64,000 nt of DNA from the human T2T-CHM13v2.0 reference genome, Homo sapiens, in the NCBI RefSeq assembly GCF_009914755.1, contig NC_060936.1; one strand, written 5' to 3'. A model generated the notes under the pieces. It did no database searches and was not told the origin of the DNA. It saw nothing but the letters and a program-made list of their open reading frames with translations. Shown in pieces: positions 23,167 to 35,619 of the stretch (the first letter of the stretch is position 1; each line of letters opens with the position of its first letter). The position numbers and the translations under genes were made by a program.

Positions 23167-25205
23167 CCGTCTGCCAAGTGGTTTCTCACTTCAGGATTTC
23201 ATGGGATTCTTGGGCAACTGTTGAGTGAGGGGTAGGATGTGTCCTCAGATGGGGACACTGAGGCTCAGAGGAACCTAGGGACTGACTCAAGATAAGTCAA
23301 TCCATGAATGGCAAGGTAGGGTCTCCTCCCCAGAGCTCATGACTTCTGCCCTGATGGTGCCTTCTTGTCCTGGAGTTTTGCCTCAATTTCCCTGCCCTCA
23401 GGCCTGGGTGCCTGTGATCTCCAGGGCTTGTGTTCTAGGGCAGGTTGGGTGATGATGAGGAGACAAATAAGAAGCTCATAAATACACCCACAGGAAAATC
23501 CCAGACATTAATTTGTGTTTTTCATGGTCAATGCAAGGCGATATGATGAAGAGTGACTGTGCGATCCAGGAAGACTTCTTAGAGGAGGTGGCAGTTTTCT
23601 AATTTGAGACCTTAATGACCAGAAAGAGCCAACTGAGAGAAGGGGGTTCCAGGCAGAAGGCATGTGAATCCTTGCACGGTTCTTTGCAGAGTGCCTGGCA
23701 CACAGCAAGTGCTCAAGAAATGGCAACCAGCTCATTCATTCATTCATTGAACAGAGGTATAAATCGGGGCTAAGCACTTGGGACACAGCAGGGAACAAAA
23801 GAGACAAATCCCACACTCTGTCATTCTTGCAGAGCAAGACAACAGTGAAGCAGTGGACAAAGAAATCTGAACTTCAATGTCAAGTGCCATGGGGAGAGAA
23901 ATGAAGCAGAGGAGCTCAGAGGAGCTGGTCATCGCTTTCCTGCTCCACCAGCTGTGTGGCTTTCCATCTTCCCATTCAGGGCAGAATGGACTCTCAATGC
24001 CCATTCTCTGCCGGCTGGGGGCAGGAGAGAAAGAAGCCTGGGTTCTTTGGAGTTGAATTCCAGTGCCTTCCCTTGGCAAAATCAGCTGGTTCTGCAGCCA
24101 GGGTGCTCCTGTCTCCCTTTCCTGACACCTGACTCTTAACTGATCAATACCCTCTCCTTATGCTTCGGCCCTAAAATAGTTACATAAAAAATCAATACAG
24201 TCCAATTTGATTTGCTGTATTTTATTACTGAGGGTGATAGAGTTGCTCGGTGCTCCGAGCCTGGTCTGAATTAACCCGTTGGGGGGGGGGTCTTACTCAT
24301 TGTGGCCACGCCTCCGAGTCCGGGATGCAGTGCCCGGGAGGGGTGACTCAGTAAATCATGCCTCAGATGTCTGCTTTGTGTCCTGAATGCCTCCTGCCGG
24401 GGCTCTCAACACATCACAGCAAATGGACACATGAAAATACTGCCGTGGCTGCAGCCGGCACTCCTGGGGTGACTCCCCCGGGCCTTCCAAGGGGTCTTGG
24501 CTTTGTTTTTGGAACTCTGGAAGTGGGGCTGGCAGCACCTCATCTCCTGGCTCCCGGAGTCTGCGGCTCTTTGTTTGCTGGGTCCTCTCCGTGTTGTGTA
24601 CTCTGCCGACGTATTTATGTCTTTGGCTTGGTATTTTTCCTTTCTGTAGTTGTGCCATCTGCTGCTGCAGGCTGCTAGCATTCCTGGCGAGCAGAGGGGG
24701 CCAGGTCAGTGGGGTTGGGGGGCACCTGGGCAGAGAGATGGCAGAGGTGGGAGGGCCGGGTGGGAGGGGAACCTGTTTTTTGCGAGTCTCTAGGTTGGGC
24801 AAGGGAAGGGAAGGGGGAGGCATGGTGTAGATGGAAAATGTTATTTTGCTAGAAAACTTGTCTCTAAGCAGCAGCGAATCATAACTTTTCCAGGCTGGTG
24901 GAGGGCTGCTGGCTGCCTCTGGGCCATATCTGGCCTGCAGACTTTTCTTATTAGTTGCCGACATTTAAAAATTGGGAGCTGTCAATATTACTATACAGGT
25001 TTCTGTTTTTTCTCAAGAAATTGGGAATTCTGGGCAGTGTTGGCCTCGCCTCTTGACCTGAGACTCAGTTTCCCTTTCTGTAAAATGGGCTCTGAACTCG
25101 CTGTAGCTGGCCTTGTTCCTGGAGACTCCCTCCAATTTGCATCCTTCCTGCCTTCCTGCCTTTGTCTTCTCCGAGACATTTTTACTGTGCACCTGCACTG
25201 TGCCA

Positions 25206-25226
25206 GCCCCTGTCCGTGGTGCTGGG
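25206..25226 (-). promoter_or_regulatory. RE1/NRSE-like site inside an L2
   Basis: Minus strand CCCAGCACCACGGACAGGGGC; 17/21 match to TTCAGCACCACGGACAGCGCC with 15 contiguous matches. Confidence 0.45.
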
Positions 25227-25406
25227 GATATCAGCAGGAAAAAGACAGGCAAAAAACCCTGTCTTTGTGGTTAGCATTAAGGTGGAGAGAGACGGATACT
25301 GAACACAATAAATAACTAAACACACCGTTCATTACCTGGTGGTCTGTGCTGTGGAGAAATGGAGTGGGCGAGCAGAGATGGAGCGCTGGGGAGGAGGGTT
25401 TGCGGG

Positions 25407-25774
<368 letters not shown>

Positions 25775-25965
25775 TAAGGGAGGAGGCCAGGTGGCTATCT
25801 TGGGAAGAGTGTTCCAGGCAGAGGGAACAGCAGGTGTAAAGGCCCTGAGGTGGGAATGTGCTTGGCAGGGTCGAGGGACAGAAGGGAGGCCAGTGAGAGC
25901 TGTTCCCTCACTCTTTGGGCTGAACGAGTGAGAGAACAGCAGGAGGAAAGGAGGCCAGGGCAGTG

Positions 25966-26001
25966 AAAGTTCTAACCAAACTAGTCTTTGGTTAGAACTT
26001 T
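25966..26001. repeat. Perfect 15-bp inverted repeat with a 6-nt loop
   Basis: AAAGTTCTAACCAAA-CTAGTC-TTTGGTTAGAACTTT. Confidence 0.95.
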
Positions 26002-26440
26002 GAGTTTTACTCTGAGTGAGATGGGAGCTGTTGGCAGGTTAGAGCCGAGGAGGGATCTGCTTTGACTCACAGGAGCAGAAGCCCTGAGGGGCTACTGCAG
26101 TAGTCCAGGCAAGTGACAATGGCTGCTTGGACTGAGTGGTTGCTGCAGAGGAGGTGAGAAGTAGTGAGATGTGGGGTGTATTCTGAAATTTGAGCCACAA
26201 GATTTGCTGATGAATTGGGTTCATTTAGTAGATATTTATTGAGTGTCTACTATGTGCTCATTACTGTACTTGGAATTGAGACCAAATCAATATTTCTTAG
26301 TGATGAAATTAACAAACAGAACAACAGAACTTCATCCGTGAGTTGGGCCTTTGCCTTTTGTTTGATCTTCCCAAGAGTCCCAGTGGAGGATGGCCTGCAT
26401 TTTTGCATCTGTAAGACGGAGATATTTTTACATCATTAAT

Positions 26441-26737
26441 GGCTGGGCACGGCGGCTCATGCCTGTAATCCCAGCACTTTGGGAGGCCGAGGTGGGTGGA
26501 TCACATTAGGCCAGGAATTCAAGACCAACCTGGCCAACATAGCGAAACCCCATCGCTACTGAAAATACAAAAAATTAGCTGGGCATGGTGGTACATGCCT
26601 GTGGCCCCAGCTACTCAGGAGGCTGAGGCAGGGGAATTGCTTGAGCCTGGGAGGCAGAGTTGCAGTGAGCCGAGATCATGCCACTGCACTCCAGCGTGGG
26701 TGACAGAGCAAGACTCCGTCACAAAAAGAAACAAAAC
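26441..26737 (+). mobile_element. Alu (AluS) inserted into a MIR
   Basis: Complete dimer; TSD ACATCATTAA. Confidence 0.97.
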
Positions 26738-27007
26738 ATCATTAAGGAGAATGAAGTTAAGAGGGGTCATGAGATGATAGTTGTGGAATGTTTACTGGCA
26801 CATAGTAAGTGCTCAGTAAAGAGTGGCAATGATGAATATTGTTAGTATAATGCTGATGATCTTAATAATGATGCTTGACGCGACCAGGGCTCAGTTATGC
26901 TGCTTGCCCCAGGAGAAACACAGCTGGAAAGAGCAGAGTTAGGATTTGACTTGTGGTCTGTCAGACTCAGTTTGGTATTCATTTTTCCTGCTGAAATCAC
27001 TAAGATT

Positions 27008-27224
27008 TTTATTTTTAATTAACTTTTATTTTAAGTTCAGGGGTACATGTGCAGGTTTGTTATGTAGGTAAACTTGTGTCGTGGGGGTTTGCTGTACAGA
27101 TTATTTTATCACCTAAGTATTAAACCTAGTATCCATTAGTTATTTTTTCCTGATTCTCTCCCGCCTCCCACCCTGCACCCTCCTGTAGGCCCCAGTGTGT
27201 GTTGTTCCCCTCTGTGTGTCCATG
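27008..27224 (-). mobile_element. 5'-truncated L1PA (older primate subfamily) 3' end
   Basis: ggggtacatgtgcaggtttgtta...; 15-bp TSD GAAATC(A/G)CTAAGATT at 26993-27007 and 27225-27239. Confidence 0.93.
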
Positions 27225-27479
27225 GAAATCGCTAAGATTAAAAGAAAAAAATTCTTCCTCTGTTCATGATGTGATGATTCTGGCACAGTTTATTGTTCAT
27301 TTGCTGGTACAGGTGTTTTTGTTTTATTTAGTAGAGGTGTATGTGAAAAGGTCTGTGTCAATCAAATTTTACTTCCTCCATCAACTTCCAGGACATTTTA
27401 GAGATGTGTAAATTCTGTTTGACCCTTAGGCGGCCTCGGCTCCTGACTTGTTGCTTGTTATTTTCTGTACCCTTTAATC

Positions 27480-27710
27480 CAGGCATCAGCAAGCCATAGG
27501 CCACGGACCAAATTTGGCCCTCTACTTGTTTTTTAAATAAAGTTTTATTGGAACACAGCGGTGCCTATTTGTTTACATATTGTCTACAACTACTTCTCTA
27601 CAACAGTGACAGAATTAAGTAGTTGTGACAGGTATCATATGGCTTGCAAAGCCTAAATAACCTGTCTGCTCTCTGGTCTGGTCCTTTTAAAGACAAAATT
27701 TGCCTTAAAT
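27480..27710. mobile_element. hAT-Charlie MITE (MER58A-like)
   Basis: aaataaagttttattggaacacagc; gtagttgtgacag...gcaaagcctaaa. Confidence 0.85.
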
Positions 27711-28239
27711 GTTCAAGTAGGGAATGCTCTGTGAATGTATGTTTATAGGACACTGACAGTGTTCAAAAACAAGCCATCATTTTTAATGTCAGAAAAAATT
27801 ATCCAGCTCCTCGGTATGAGAATTGTGGGTTTGGTAACTCTCAGTGGAAAAAGAAAAACAGATTGATCGAAAGTTGCCATCAACTTAGTAATGCTTTTGA
27901 ATGAGTAGGTTTTGGTAATTACAGTAGATTTATGTAACATTTAAAAAATAGTAGCACATGTGTGTGTGAGATATTTTTTACTCTGTAGGCAAAGCTCAGT
28001 GGCTCACAGCACAGAAGACCCCTTGTAGGGAGGCTGTGGAGGGAACTGATCAGTGATTTTATACTCAGTGTGATTCCAATCCATAGATCTCTTATAACCT
28101 TGTGTTTCTTCATATTGGGTTAAAAGATGGATATAGCCTTCTTTATGTTTAATCTGTGACACCCAGGCTTATGATATTTTAAGTTTCCAATGTGATGCTG
28201 CAATGGAGATGATGTGCCAATGCAAGGGTATGTCACTAT

Positions 28240-28750
28240 TTTAGTCTGAATTCTCATAGTTGTAAGGGACAAAAATGGGAATGTAGGCATCCTTGGAGCT
28301 GGGAAATTTAAGAGGGAAATGGCTTCAGGTATGGCTGGGTCCAGGGGCTTAACACTCTCCTAATGGGGTCTTCTGCTCTGTCTGCCACTTGGTCTCTTAG
28401 TTCTTTTTCTCTCTGTGTTGACTTAATTCTCAGACAGCCTCCCCCCTTCTGATGGCAAAGCTGGCCACAGTTGGCTCCAGCCTGTCCTCCAACCAGCGGA
28501 AATAGAATGTTTCTTTCCTAGTCATCCTAGCAAGAACCCCAGGACTGACTTTTACTGGAGTAATTTGGGTCATGTGCTGACCCCTCAGCCAGGGACTGGG
28601 ACTGTGGGGATGGAATCTGATCGACCATACTTAAGTCCGAAGCTCATTTCTGGAACTGGAATTAGAACCACGTTGCCAGAGAGGAGCAGAGGTTATTTCC
28701 CAAAGGAAAATATGGATGCTTGCATCAGAAGGAAGAAAAACTACTACTGC
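28240..28750 (-). mobile_element. Old MaLR LTR (MLT1K/L-like)
   Basis: ggcttcaggtatggctgggtccaggggctt; ttgggtcatgtgc. Confidence 0.65.
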
Positions 28751-29569
28751 AGACCACCAAGTAGGGTGGTGAGAACCGGCAGGTCTGGAGAGCACTCACA
28801 TGTGATTGATGCCTCTGGGGTCCCTATGCCAGGAAAGGAGCTGATGCTGCCTCCCTCCTGCCCCTGGAGGCTGCCCTTTGAGCTGCTTCCAAAGCTCCTC
28901 CGGCTTCTTTATTGTGTGTGTGACCTCTGAAACCCCAGCCCAGTGACTTCACACATATTTTGGTTGCTTTGGTTGAGGACGAATACTTGGAAGATAATCT
29001 GCCAATATGGATTAGAGTAGCATCTGGTCTTTGACCCAGCAATCCCACTTCTGGGAATTCTATATTGTATAAATAAGAGGATTGCCATGAAGCAGGTGTG
29101 TGTGCTGTTTCAGAGGCAGCACACAGTGGTAGTGATGGAGTTTGGCTCTTAATCACTGCTGTTTGCTGCCCCTGAAACTGGCACATACACGGCATCGTAT
29201 GCACTTTTGCATAATTTTACAAGTGTGCAGGAAGGTGTGGGGACCCACGCCAGTGGTTAACCTTACTGACCTCAATGAGGGAATGAAGGGGTGATGCTTG
29301 CAGGGCTGATGGAAAAGGAGGGGAGAGAGAGAGGGGGAGGAAACCAAGAATGCGTTGGATATCTTAGCTACGGTAATGCTGATATTTAAGTTGTGAGTCC
29401 AGCTCTTAGGGTTCCTGGGTCCCTGTTGGAGCAGGTGGAAACTCTCTGAGTTTGCTGCCATGGTTTGTAGGTTCTGGGGGGCTGTGATACAGTGAGCTCA
29501 AGTGACACATTAAGGATGATGCTTGGGGCATCTCTGGGGGAACAAGGAAGCCTAGATTTGATGTACTGT

Positions 29570-30050
29570 GCATATCTGTTCAGATTGGGTTCATCAGTGA
29601 GTGAAGAGACTTAAAATAGTGGTGGCTTAAAAAGCAGAAGTTTCCAATAAGATTTTGAAGTTATGTAGCCCAGGACTGTTAAGTTGAATCTGTTCCATGA
29701 AGTACTTATGGACTCTCCCTCCTTTTTACCATTTCAAGGTTGTGATTTTTGTCCTCATGGCTCAAAATGACAGCTACAGGTGCAGCCATCTCATCTCCAT
29801 CCCAGGCACCAGGATGAAGGTATAGATTAAAAAAAGGGCAGAGGATACACATCAACTGTCATTTAAGGAAGAGTCCTAGAAGCAGCCCCATGGTGCTGCC
29901 TCATGTATCTCATTGGTGAAGACTGAGTCACATGGCTACATCTTGCTGCAAGAGAACCTGAGAAATTCAGTCTTTATCTTAGGTTGCTAAAAATCCGGGT
30001 TTCTGTTACCATGGAAGAAGGAAAGAATGGATACCGGGCACAAAGTTGTT
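29570..30050 (-). mobile_element. MaLR LTR (MLT1J-like)
   Basis: atctcattggtgaagactgagtcacatggctacatcttgctgcaag. Confidence 0.7.
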
Positions 30051-31589
30051 AGTTTGTGGTAAATCCCTCGGCAGGAAGTAGGATTGCATTTGGAGAAAGG
30101 ACTTGAACCACCAGTGTTACAACCACACTTGTCTTAATAGAGTTCGTGTGTGTGTGATTTCATTCTGCCTTCTAAGGTGGGGGCTGGGGACATGTCGTTT
30201 TTCTGGGTGCCAGGAGGAAAATAAAAGCAATTTGCTGAATGCATAAATGTATCTCTTTCAAATATATAAAAATGGTTTTAGAAGTATTATAGATAAGCCT
30301 GAAGTCCTTTTTGACCAATTTCATATTCTCTCAAGAGGTAATCAATTGTTGGTTTGCTGTGTATTTTTTCCTGTAGGAAGTCTATAGTATCCCATTGTTT
30401 TAAGTTTGTTTTTATACATATACCCCTTGTCTCTTCAGTATTCATCTCCATCTTCCAGGTACATACAGAACTACCTCATTTTTTTTGAATTGCTGGCTAG
30501 TATTCCATGGCACGCATATAGCAAGGTGTAGCTAGTGAATTTCCTCTGCCTCATGAGATGGGGGATTCCTCAGGCATAGAAAGGGAGTTCAGAAAGATTT
30601 GCAAATGTCTATCCCACCCACCAGGAATACTGGGTAGGGATCAGCACCCACTGAAGATCTCTAGACATTTAAGGAAAGTGAGGGTATGATTGCGTGATGG
30701 CAGAAGAAAGAACTGACATCTGAGGAGATTGAGTTAACAGAGAAATGTCGAGCCTAGGGGCAGTTGGGAGATGGTGGAAGAAGGGGGACTTGTTCTTAGA
30801 ATCCAGACCTCTTGCCCAAGAGTAGCTTCTTGAGGGCAGGACCCAGCCAGTGCTTCCCAAGTTTCTGTGCCTGGTGGTTCTGGCTGTGGACAATTCTCAG
30901 AGGTCTTGGAATGCCAGCCCATCTACTCATGGCATTTCTCCAGATTCTAGGAGCTTTGATCTTAGAATAGGAGCACCGTCTAAGTTCTCTGGTCTATGCC
31001 TCTGTAGCACTTAGCACAAACACATTTGTTTCTAATGGAAAACTGTCTAAAAAGCACTATGAATTTATGATGGAAATTTTATTTCTTTGATTTTTTTTTC
31101 TCTCTCCACCCACCACCCCCCATGCCCAGCCCAGTTAAGTGTTTCTCTCTTAAATGTATGGGCTGAGCTGCTGAGAGGGTCTGCATATTTCAGGGGGAAA
31201 AGTATTGGGGGAGGAGGTGTCGGCCTTGCTGTTTGCACTGGCATCATTTACACAGGCTCCGAAGCAGCCTCATCTTCTATTTGATCAATTTGCCTGTCAT
31301 CTCAGGTCATTTCACAAGGGTGACTAAATTCTGCTTCTCTCACACTGTAGCAGAGAGCACAGTATGAGGGAGAAAGGTGCTAGAATTTCTTTCTCAATAT
31401 TTCTTGTCCTTCAAGTTTTCCTTACTCCTCTTACTCCCTTTCTTTCTTCACGAAAGATTTAAATAAGTGTTTGGGTGAGGGAATGAACTACTACAGCACT
31501 TCCTGTCAGCTTTATATCGCTCACTGCTTCGTTATATACTGTTTGCCCCTCTGCTAGCTGCTTATGCTTGCTAACTGAAGTACATCACT

Positions 31590-31830
31590 GAAATTAAGGG
31601 CATGAACTTAGGCAGCAGGCTGCCTGGGTTTGAATCCCAGCTCCACCACTGGCTAGCTCTGTGACCCTGGGTGAATTACTTAATGTCTCTGTGCCATAGC
31701 ATTTTCATCTGTGAATGGGGAGAAGAGGAACTCCTACCCCTTGAGATGTTGTGAGGATTAAGGGAGATATTGTGTAAGAAAAACTTAACGTAGTTAAGCT
31801 TGACATCACATCAGTGTTTAACAAATGTCA
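31590..31830 (+). mobile_element. MIR SINE
   Basis: cctgggtttgaatcccagctccaccactggctagctctgtgaccctggg. Confidence 0.88.
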
Positions 31831-31959
31831 GCAACTGCTTTGGTCTGCTTTGCCAGTCGGTGAGTTCAGTGAACACCTACTATGTGCCCTGGTGGTCGTC
31901 TCTGTGGTGTTGCTCATCTCTTCTCCCACATTATTTCGTATTCAGATTCTGTCATATGA

Positions 31960-32990
31960 TAGAGCTTGTCTGCTTCCTCACCCTGGTGTCACACCCTCAT
32001 TTTCTTTTGGGGGACCATTTCTCCCTTGCTGTAAATCCCTGTGGCTTGGGTGTTGGTAAACTTTCTCCTCCCCCTCCCATGGGCCAGTTCATGACTTGCA
32101 CACAACCAATCAGAACGTCCCATCTCTCAGGCCTCAGGGATTGGATCAGGGTTGAGCACATGGCCTAAGCTGGGCCAATGAGGGCCAGCCCTGGGATGTT
32201 TGTTGAAAGCGCTGGGGAAGAAGTCTTCCTTTTCTGTTGCAGATGCCAATCTGTTAGGATGTGAGCCTAGAGGTAAGTCATTACTGCTGTGAAATAAATG
32301 ACTGCAGACTAACAGCTTAAAGCAGCACACATGTGTTATCTCACAGTTCCTGTGGGCCAGGAATCCAGGGACAGCCCCAGGTCCTCTGCCAGAGGTCCGT
32401 CCTCTGCCCCAGAAGCTCTCACAAGGCTGCAGTCGAGGTGTTAGCTAAGGTTTGGGTCTCATCTGAAAGCTGGACTGGGGAATGATCTGCTGCTGTGCTC
32501 ACATGGTGGTTGGTAGGATTCCGTTTTTGTGGGCTTTTGCCCTGAGGGCCACAGTCCCTTGCTGACTGTTGGCCAGAGGCTGCTCTCAGTTCCTGTCCCT
32601 GGGGCCCTCTCCATATGGCAGGTTGCTTCATCAGAGACAGTGAGTAACAATCTCTGATCACAGAAGTGATGTCCCTTCAATGTTGAGCCATTCTATCAGT
32701 TAGAGGGAAGTTACACAAGGAGGGCTACACAAGACTGTGAACACCATGAGGCCAGATCTTTGGAGGCTGTCCTAGAAGCTATCTACCATTATGGAACTGC
32801 CTGAGAATGAAGCAGGATGGAGAAAAACCTGGAGTGCAGGGGGAGTGAGGGAGAGTTTCCTGGTGACCATATTTGAGTGCCCCAAAGTAGCTGTTTCTGA
32901 TATGAACTTGATCATGAACTTCCCCAGTACGTGATCCAACACATTTCTTTTTCTTAATTGGGTTTCTTTCACTTGCAACCAGAGAGTCCT
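31960..32990. mobile_element. Nested LTRs: MLT1K-like (+) interrupted by MLT1E/F-like (-, ~32270-32790)
   Basis: gagcacatggcctaagctgggccaatgag, then reverse ctcacaaggctgcagtcgagg, resuming with ttgggtttctttcacttgcaacc. Confidence 0.7.
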
Positions 32991-34106
32991 GGTGAAGTCC
33001 CATGAAGGCTTCTCAGATCCCGTTGCCTGGCACTGTCTTCTCCTTTGAAAGGCTTTGGCTTGACTGAAATCTAGGTTGGAGAATGTGCAGAAGCTTACGT
33101 CTGCCTCTATACTGAGCTCATCAGGGGCAAAGTTGCATGAATATTTTTTTATTTCCTTCCCTGCTTTACTTCCAGTGCCTAGAATGCTGTGAGACACAGA
33201 GTGGAAGCCATCTGCCAGTAATTACTGGTACAAGAGGCCCTTCCTTGTCCCCATCCCTTCCCCTGCTATCAAAAATGTTTCAAAAATTATCTCTATCGAC
33301 TGCACCTGGCTTATGGTTGGAAAGCTGAATGTCAAAGACAAAAATATTGTTGATGCTACCCCCTAGAGGCAGTGCACAGCTGCACACAGAAATCTCAGTG
33401 AAAGTGTGAATTTCACAGCTTTGAGAGGATCTTCTTCATAGAAATGACACATCACAAGCAACAGAGCTGATCAGAGGTAGAGCTTACCAATATCTTTAAC
33501 ATTTTATATGTTAATTGGTTACTTCTGTGACCATCTTGACATATACAAACATTTACCTGACACCAGCATATTCATTTTTACTGATAGGATTTTATAATTT
33601 TTTTTCTAGAGTTAGTAGAATTTTACTGCCTATCCAGAACTCATGATCTATTGGCTGCCAATATATAAAAAATGTTTTCTCCATAAAGCACTTTAAAATA
33701 TTTTTCATTAATACATGATGTAAAGTATAATTTTTTCCTCTTCCCTTGTAAAATTGGGATGTATCATATATACTAGAATTTCTCATAGGTTGGCAGACAT
33801 GGATGGAGTATACACTATCTATAGGGCAAAACCCTGGTGCATGCTGTAGCCATATCTGCTGACCTGTGAGAAATTCCAGTATATATGCTGACCTCCACAG
33901 AGTACTTTGAACAGGGAAACTTTAATATAAAGAACTATCAACTCCTGTGTATAACAGGGGATTGGAATAAAAAGGGCTGAGAAGTATAGAGAACCTTAAA
34001 GGAATAACAGATGCCCAAAGCAGCCTACCTAGGGCTGAGATGGAGCGGTTAGGTCAGTGGACTTGCTGGATTCACTAAATGGCAGTAATCATTATCACTG
34101 CAGCCA

Positions 34107-35572
34107 TCTTTCAATGAGGGCTCCCTGTGCCAGGCACTGTGCTCAGCCCCTTATGTAGAGTATCTCGTGAATCCTTTCAATGAGGGCTCCATGTACCAGG
34201 CACTGTGCTTAGCTCTTTATGTGGAGTATCTCATGAATCCTTTCAGTGAGGGCTCCGTGTACCAGGCACTGTGCTTAGCTCTTTATGTGGAGTATCTCAT
34301 GAATCCTTTCAATGAGGGCTCCGTGTGCCAGGCAGGGTGCTTAGCCCTTTGTGTGGAATATCTCGTGAATCCTTTTGGTGAGGGCTCCATGTACCCAGGC
34401 ACTCTGCTTAGTCCTTTATGTGGAGCATCTCATGAATCCTTTCAATGAGGGCTCCGTGTACCAGGCACTGTGCTTAGCTCTTTATGTGGAGTATCTCATG
34501 AATCCTTTCAATGAAGGCTCCGTGTACCAGGCACTGTGCTTAGCTCTTTATGTGGAGTATCTCATGAATCCTTTCAATGAGGGCTCCGTGTACCAGGCAC
34601 TGTGCTTAGCTCTTTATGTGGAGTATCTCATGAATCCTTTCAATGAGGGCTCCGTGTACCAGGCACTGTGCTTAGCTCTTTATGTGGAGTATCTCATGAA
34701 TCCTTTCAATGAGGGCTCCGTGTACCAGGCACTGTGCTTAGCTCTTTATGTGGAGTATCTCATGAATCCTTTCAATGAGGGCTCCGTGTACCAGGCACTG
34801 TGCTTAGCTCTTTATGTGGAGTATCTCATGAATCCTTTCAATGAGGGCTCCGTGTACCAGGCACTGTGCTTAGCTCTTTATGTGGAGTATCTCATGAATC
34901 CTTTCAATGAGGGCTCCATGTGCCAGGCAGGGTGCTCAGCCCTTTGTGTAGAGTATCTCATGAATCCTTTCAATGAGGGCTCCGTGTACCAGGCACTGTG
35001 CTTAGCTCTTTATGTGGAGTATCTCATGAATCCTTTCAGTGAGGGCTCCATTAACCAGGCACTGTGCTTAGCCCTTTGTGTGGAGTATCTCATGAATCCT
35101 TTCAATGAGGGCTCCGTGTACCAGGCACTGTGCTTAGCTCTTTATGTGGAGTATCTCATGAATCCTTTCAGTGAGGGCTCCATTAACCAGGCACTGTGCT
35201 TAGCCCTTTGTGTGGAGTATCTCATGAGTCCTTTCAATGAGGGCTCCGTGTGCCAGGCAGGGTGCTTAGCCCTTTGTGTGGAATATCTTGTGAATCCTTT
35301 TGGTGAGGGCTCCATGTACCCAGGCACTCTGCTTAGCCCTTTATGTGGAGCATCTCATGAATTCTTTCAATGAGAGCTCCGTGTGTCAGGCAGGGTGCTC
35401 AGCCCTTTCTTAATATGAAATATCTCGTGAATCCTTTCAATGAGGGCTCCATGTGTCAGGGACTGTCCTTAGCCCTTTGTGTAGAGTATCTTGTGAATCC
35501 TTTCAGTGAGGGTACCACGTGCCAGGCAGGGTGTTCAGCCCTTTATGTGGAGCATCTCATGAATCCTTTCAG
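34107..35572. repeat. MIR-derived minisatellite, 66-bp unit, 22 copies
   Basis: Unit TTTCAATGAGGGCTCCGTGTACCAGGCACTGTGCTTAGCTCTTTATGTGGAGTATCTCATGAATCC; both flanks continue as antisense MIR. Confidence 0.95.
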
Positions 35573-35619
35573 CAACCCTGTAGACAAGGAGCCTGAGGCT
35601 GAGGGAGGGTGTGACTTGA

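Noticed and set aside
34107-35572. 66-bp periodic array as a CRISPR-like locus or a repeat-protein gene (332-aa ORF)
   Set aside because: The whole unit repeats with no unique spacers, there are no cas-like genes, the unit derives from MIR, and the ORF follows from a stop-free unit length divisible by 3
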